NCBI GenBank assembly: GCA_902785705.1
Contig: CACZZN010000011.1
Span: forward strand, 605 to 64,604
Length of the DNA: 64,000 bases
Origin: an uncultured Veillonellaceae bacterium
GTDB taxonomy: Bacteria; Bacillota; Negativicutes; Selenomonadales; Selenomonadaceae
Reading direction: 5' to 3'
Below, one piece after another: positions 63,506 through 64,000 of the stretch. The stretch's first letter is position 1. Every line of letters begins with the position of its first letter. A program made the translations under genes and the position numbers. The notes below the pieces were generated by a model. The model saw only the letters and a list, made by a program, of their open reading frames with translations. It was not told where the DNA came from and searched no databases.

Positions 63506-64000
63506 ATGGAGGAAGAACGTATTTGCCTGCAGCCGGAGTATGTGAGCCGATTCCAATGCGACGGCACTGCCTGCGATGCAAAATGCTGCAAGTTGGGCTG
63601 GAGAATCAGCATCGATCCCAAGACCTATCAGAAATACTGCAATCTGGAACCGATGAGCTTTCGGAAGCGTGTCATATCGAAACTAAAATACGAAAAAGGG
63701 AAGAATCATTTTACCATCCGATTGGACAAGAAAGGGCGCTGCCCGTTGTTAGGGAAAGATTTGCTGTGCGAAATCCAAAAAAATTACGGAGCAGAATACC
63801 TGTCCAGAACCTGCCAAGTCTACCCGCGCGTCATCAACGATTTTGGGGATATGATAGAAAAGAGCCTGACCCTGACCTGTCCTGTCGCCGCGAAACTGGT
63901 GCTGCTGCAAGAGGAGCCGATCGCCTTCGAGCAAGTCAAGACAACGCCGGAAGGCATCTGGCGAGAATTGCCGGAGGATGTCCGCGACTATGCCTTTGAT
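63506..64000 (+). CDS. fliB: FliB-like flagellin lysine-N-methylase (5' partial; runs off the window)
   Basis: ATG 63506 lies 8 nt after AAAGGAG, and the frame is open to the window end, so it is absent from the ORF track. MEEERICLQPEYVSRFQCDGTACDAKCCKLGWRISIDPKTYQKY matches the Cys-rich N-terminus of flagellin lysine-N-methylases as remembered. Confidence 0.6.
   Translation, partial: MEEERICLQPEYVSRFQCDGTACDAKCCKLGWRISIDPKTYQKYCNLEPMSFRKRVISKLKYEKGKNHFTIRLDKKGRCPLLGKDLLCEIQKNYGAEYLSRTCQVYPRVINDFGDMIEKSLTLTCPVAAKLVLLQEEPIAFEQVKTTPEGIWRELPEDVRDYAFD

Overview
This 64-kb chromosomal window has two parts. The left ~11 kb is a complete type I-F CRISPR-Cas island. The remaining ~53 kb is a GC-richer housekeeping backbone. 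The organism looks like a flagellated anaerobic Firmicutes or Negativicutes (Selenomonas-like), but that is inference from gene content and metG-tatD-yabE synteny only.

The island looks more AT-rich by eye (not computed). All of its genes are on the - strand: cas1, cas2-3, cas8f, cas5f, cas7f, cas6f, a leader and a 30-repeat array. An orphan HicB-like gene lies beyond the array.

The backbone encodes:
- mutY, two chemoreceptors (one with a FIST domain) and a hybrid histidine kinase
- a HIT protein, a NirJ/AhbC-AhbD-like radical SAM pair and a TetR regulator
- a 5-tRNA operon and a 2-tRNA-Ser operon
- two TPR/GT41 glycosyltransferase paralogs
- pdxK, queF and two PAS-GGDEF-EAL proteins
- sdh/frd CAB, two-subunit class I fumarase, rph and rdgB
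- murI, bioA-bioY, glgB and an M48/TPR peptidase
- yabE-tatD-metG
- a large flagellin with HAD, GT41 and FliB-like modification genes

The main hunt result is the ~600-bp gap between cas2-3 and cas8f; every other cas junction is 12 nt or less. That gap holds four elements:
1. A degenerate single-spacer mini-CRISPR. Its 19-nt spacer matches an adjacent CC-PAM site next to a promoter, and the only mismatches are at the non-pairing positions 12 and 18.
2. A 21-aa hydrophobic, type-I-toxin-like peptide gene. It has a hairpin that sequesters the Shine-Dalgarno (SD) sequence, and its promoter lies inside the 3' end of cas2-3.
3. A convergent promoter-to-terminator small RNA candidate.
4. A ~185-bp G/C-run palindrome that forms the predicted cas8f leader.

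Together these look like a CreTA/CreR-type, CRISPR-coupled regulatory or addiction cassette of an architecture I do not recognise.

Other second-look items:
- a repeated ~250-280-bp intergenic element whose long hairpin shows G-U-only mismatches and compensatory changes, indicating a + strand RNA
- a MITE-like palindromic element
- an unassigned ~450-nt promoter-to-terminator non-coding region
- a tandem promoter/operator duplication upstream of glgB
- a possible frameshift at the mutY start

All protein calls rest on reading the translations against remembered family features. No searches were run.
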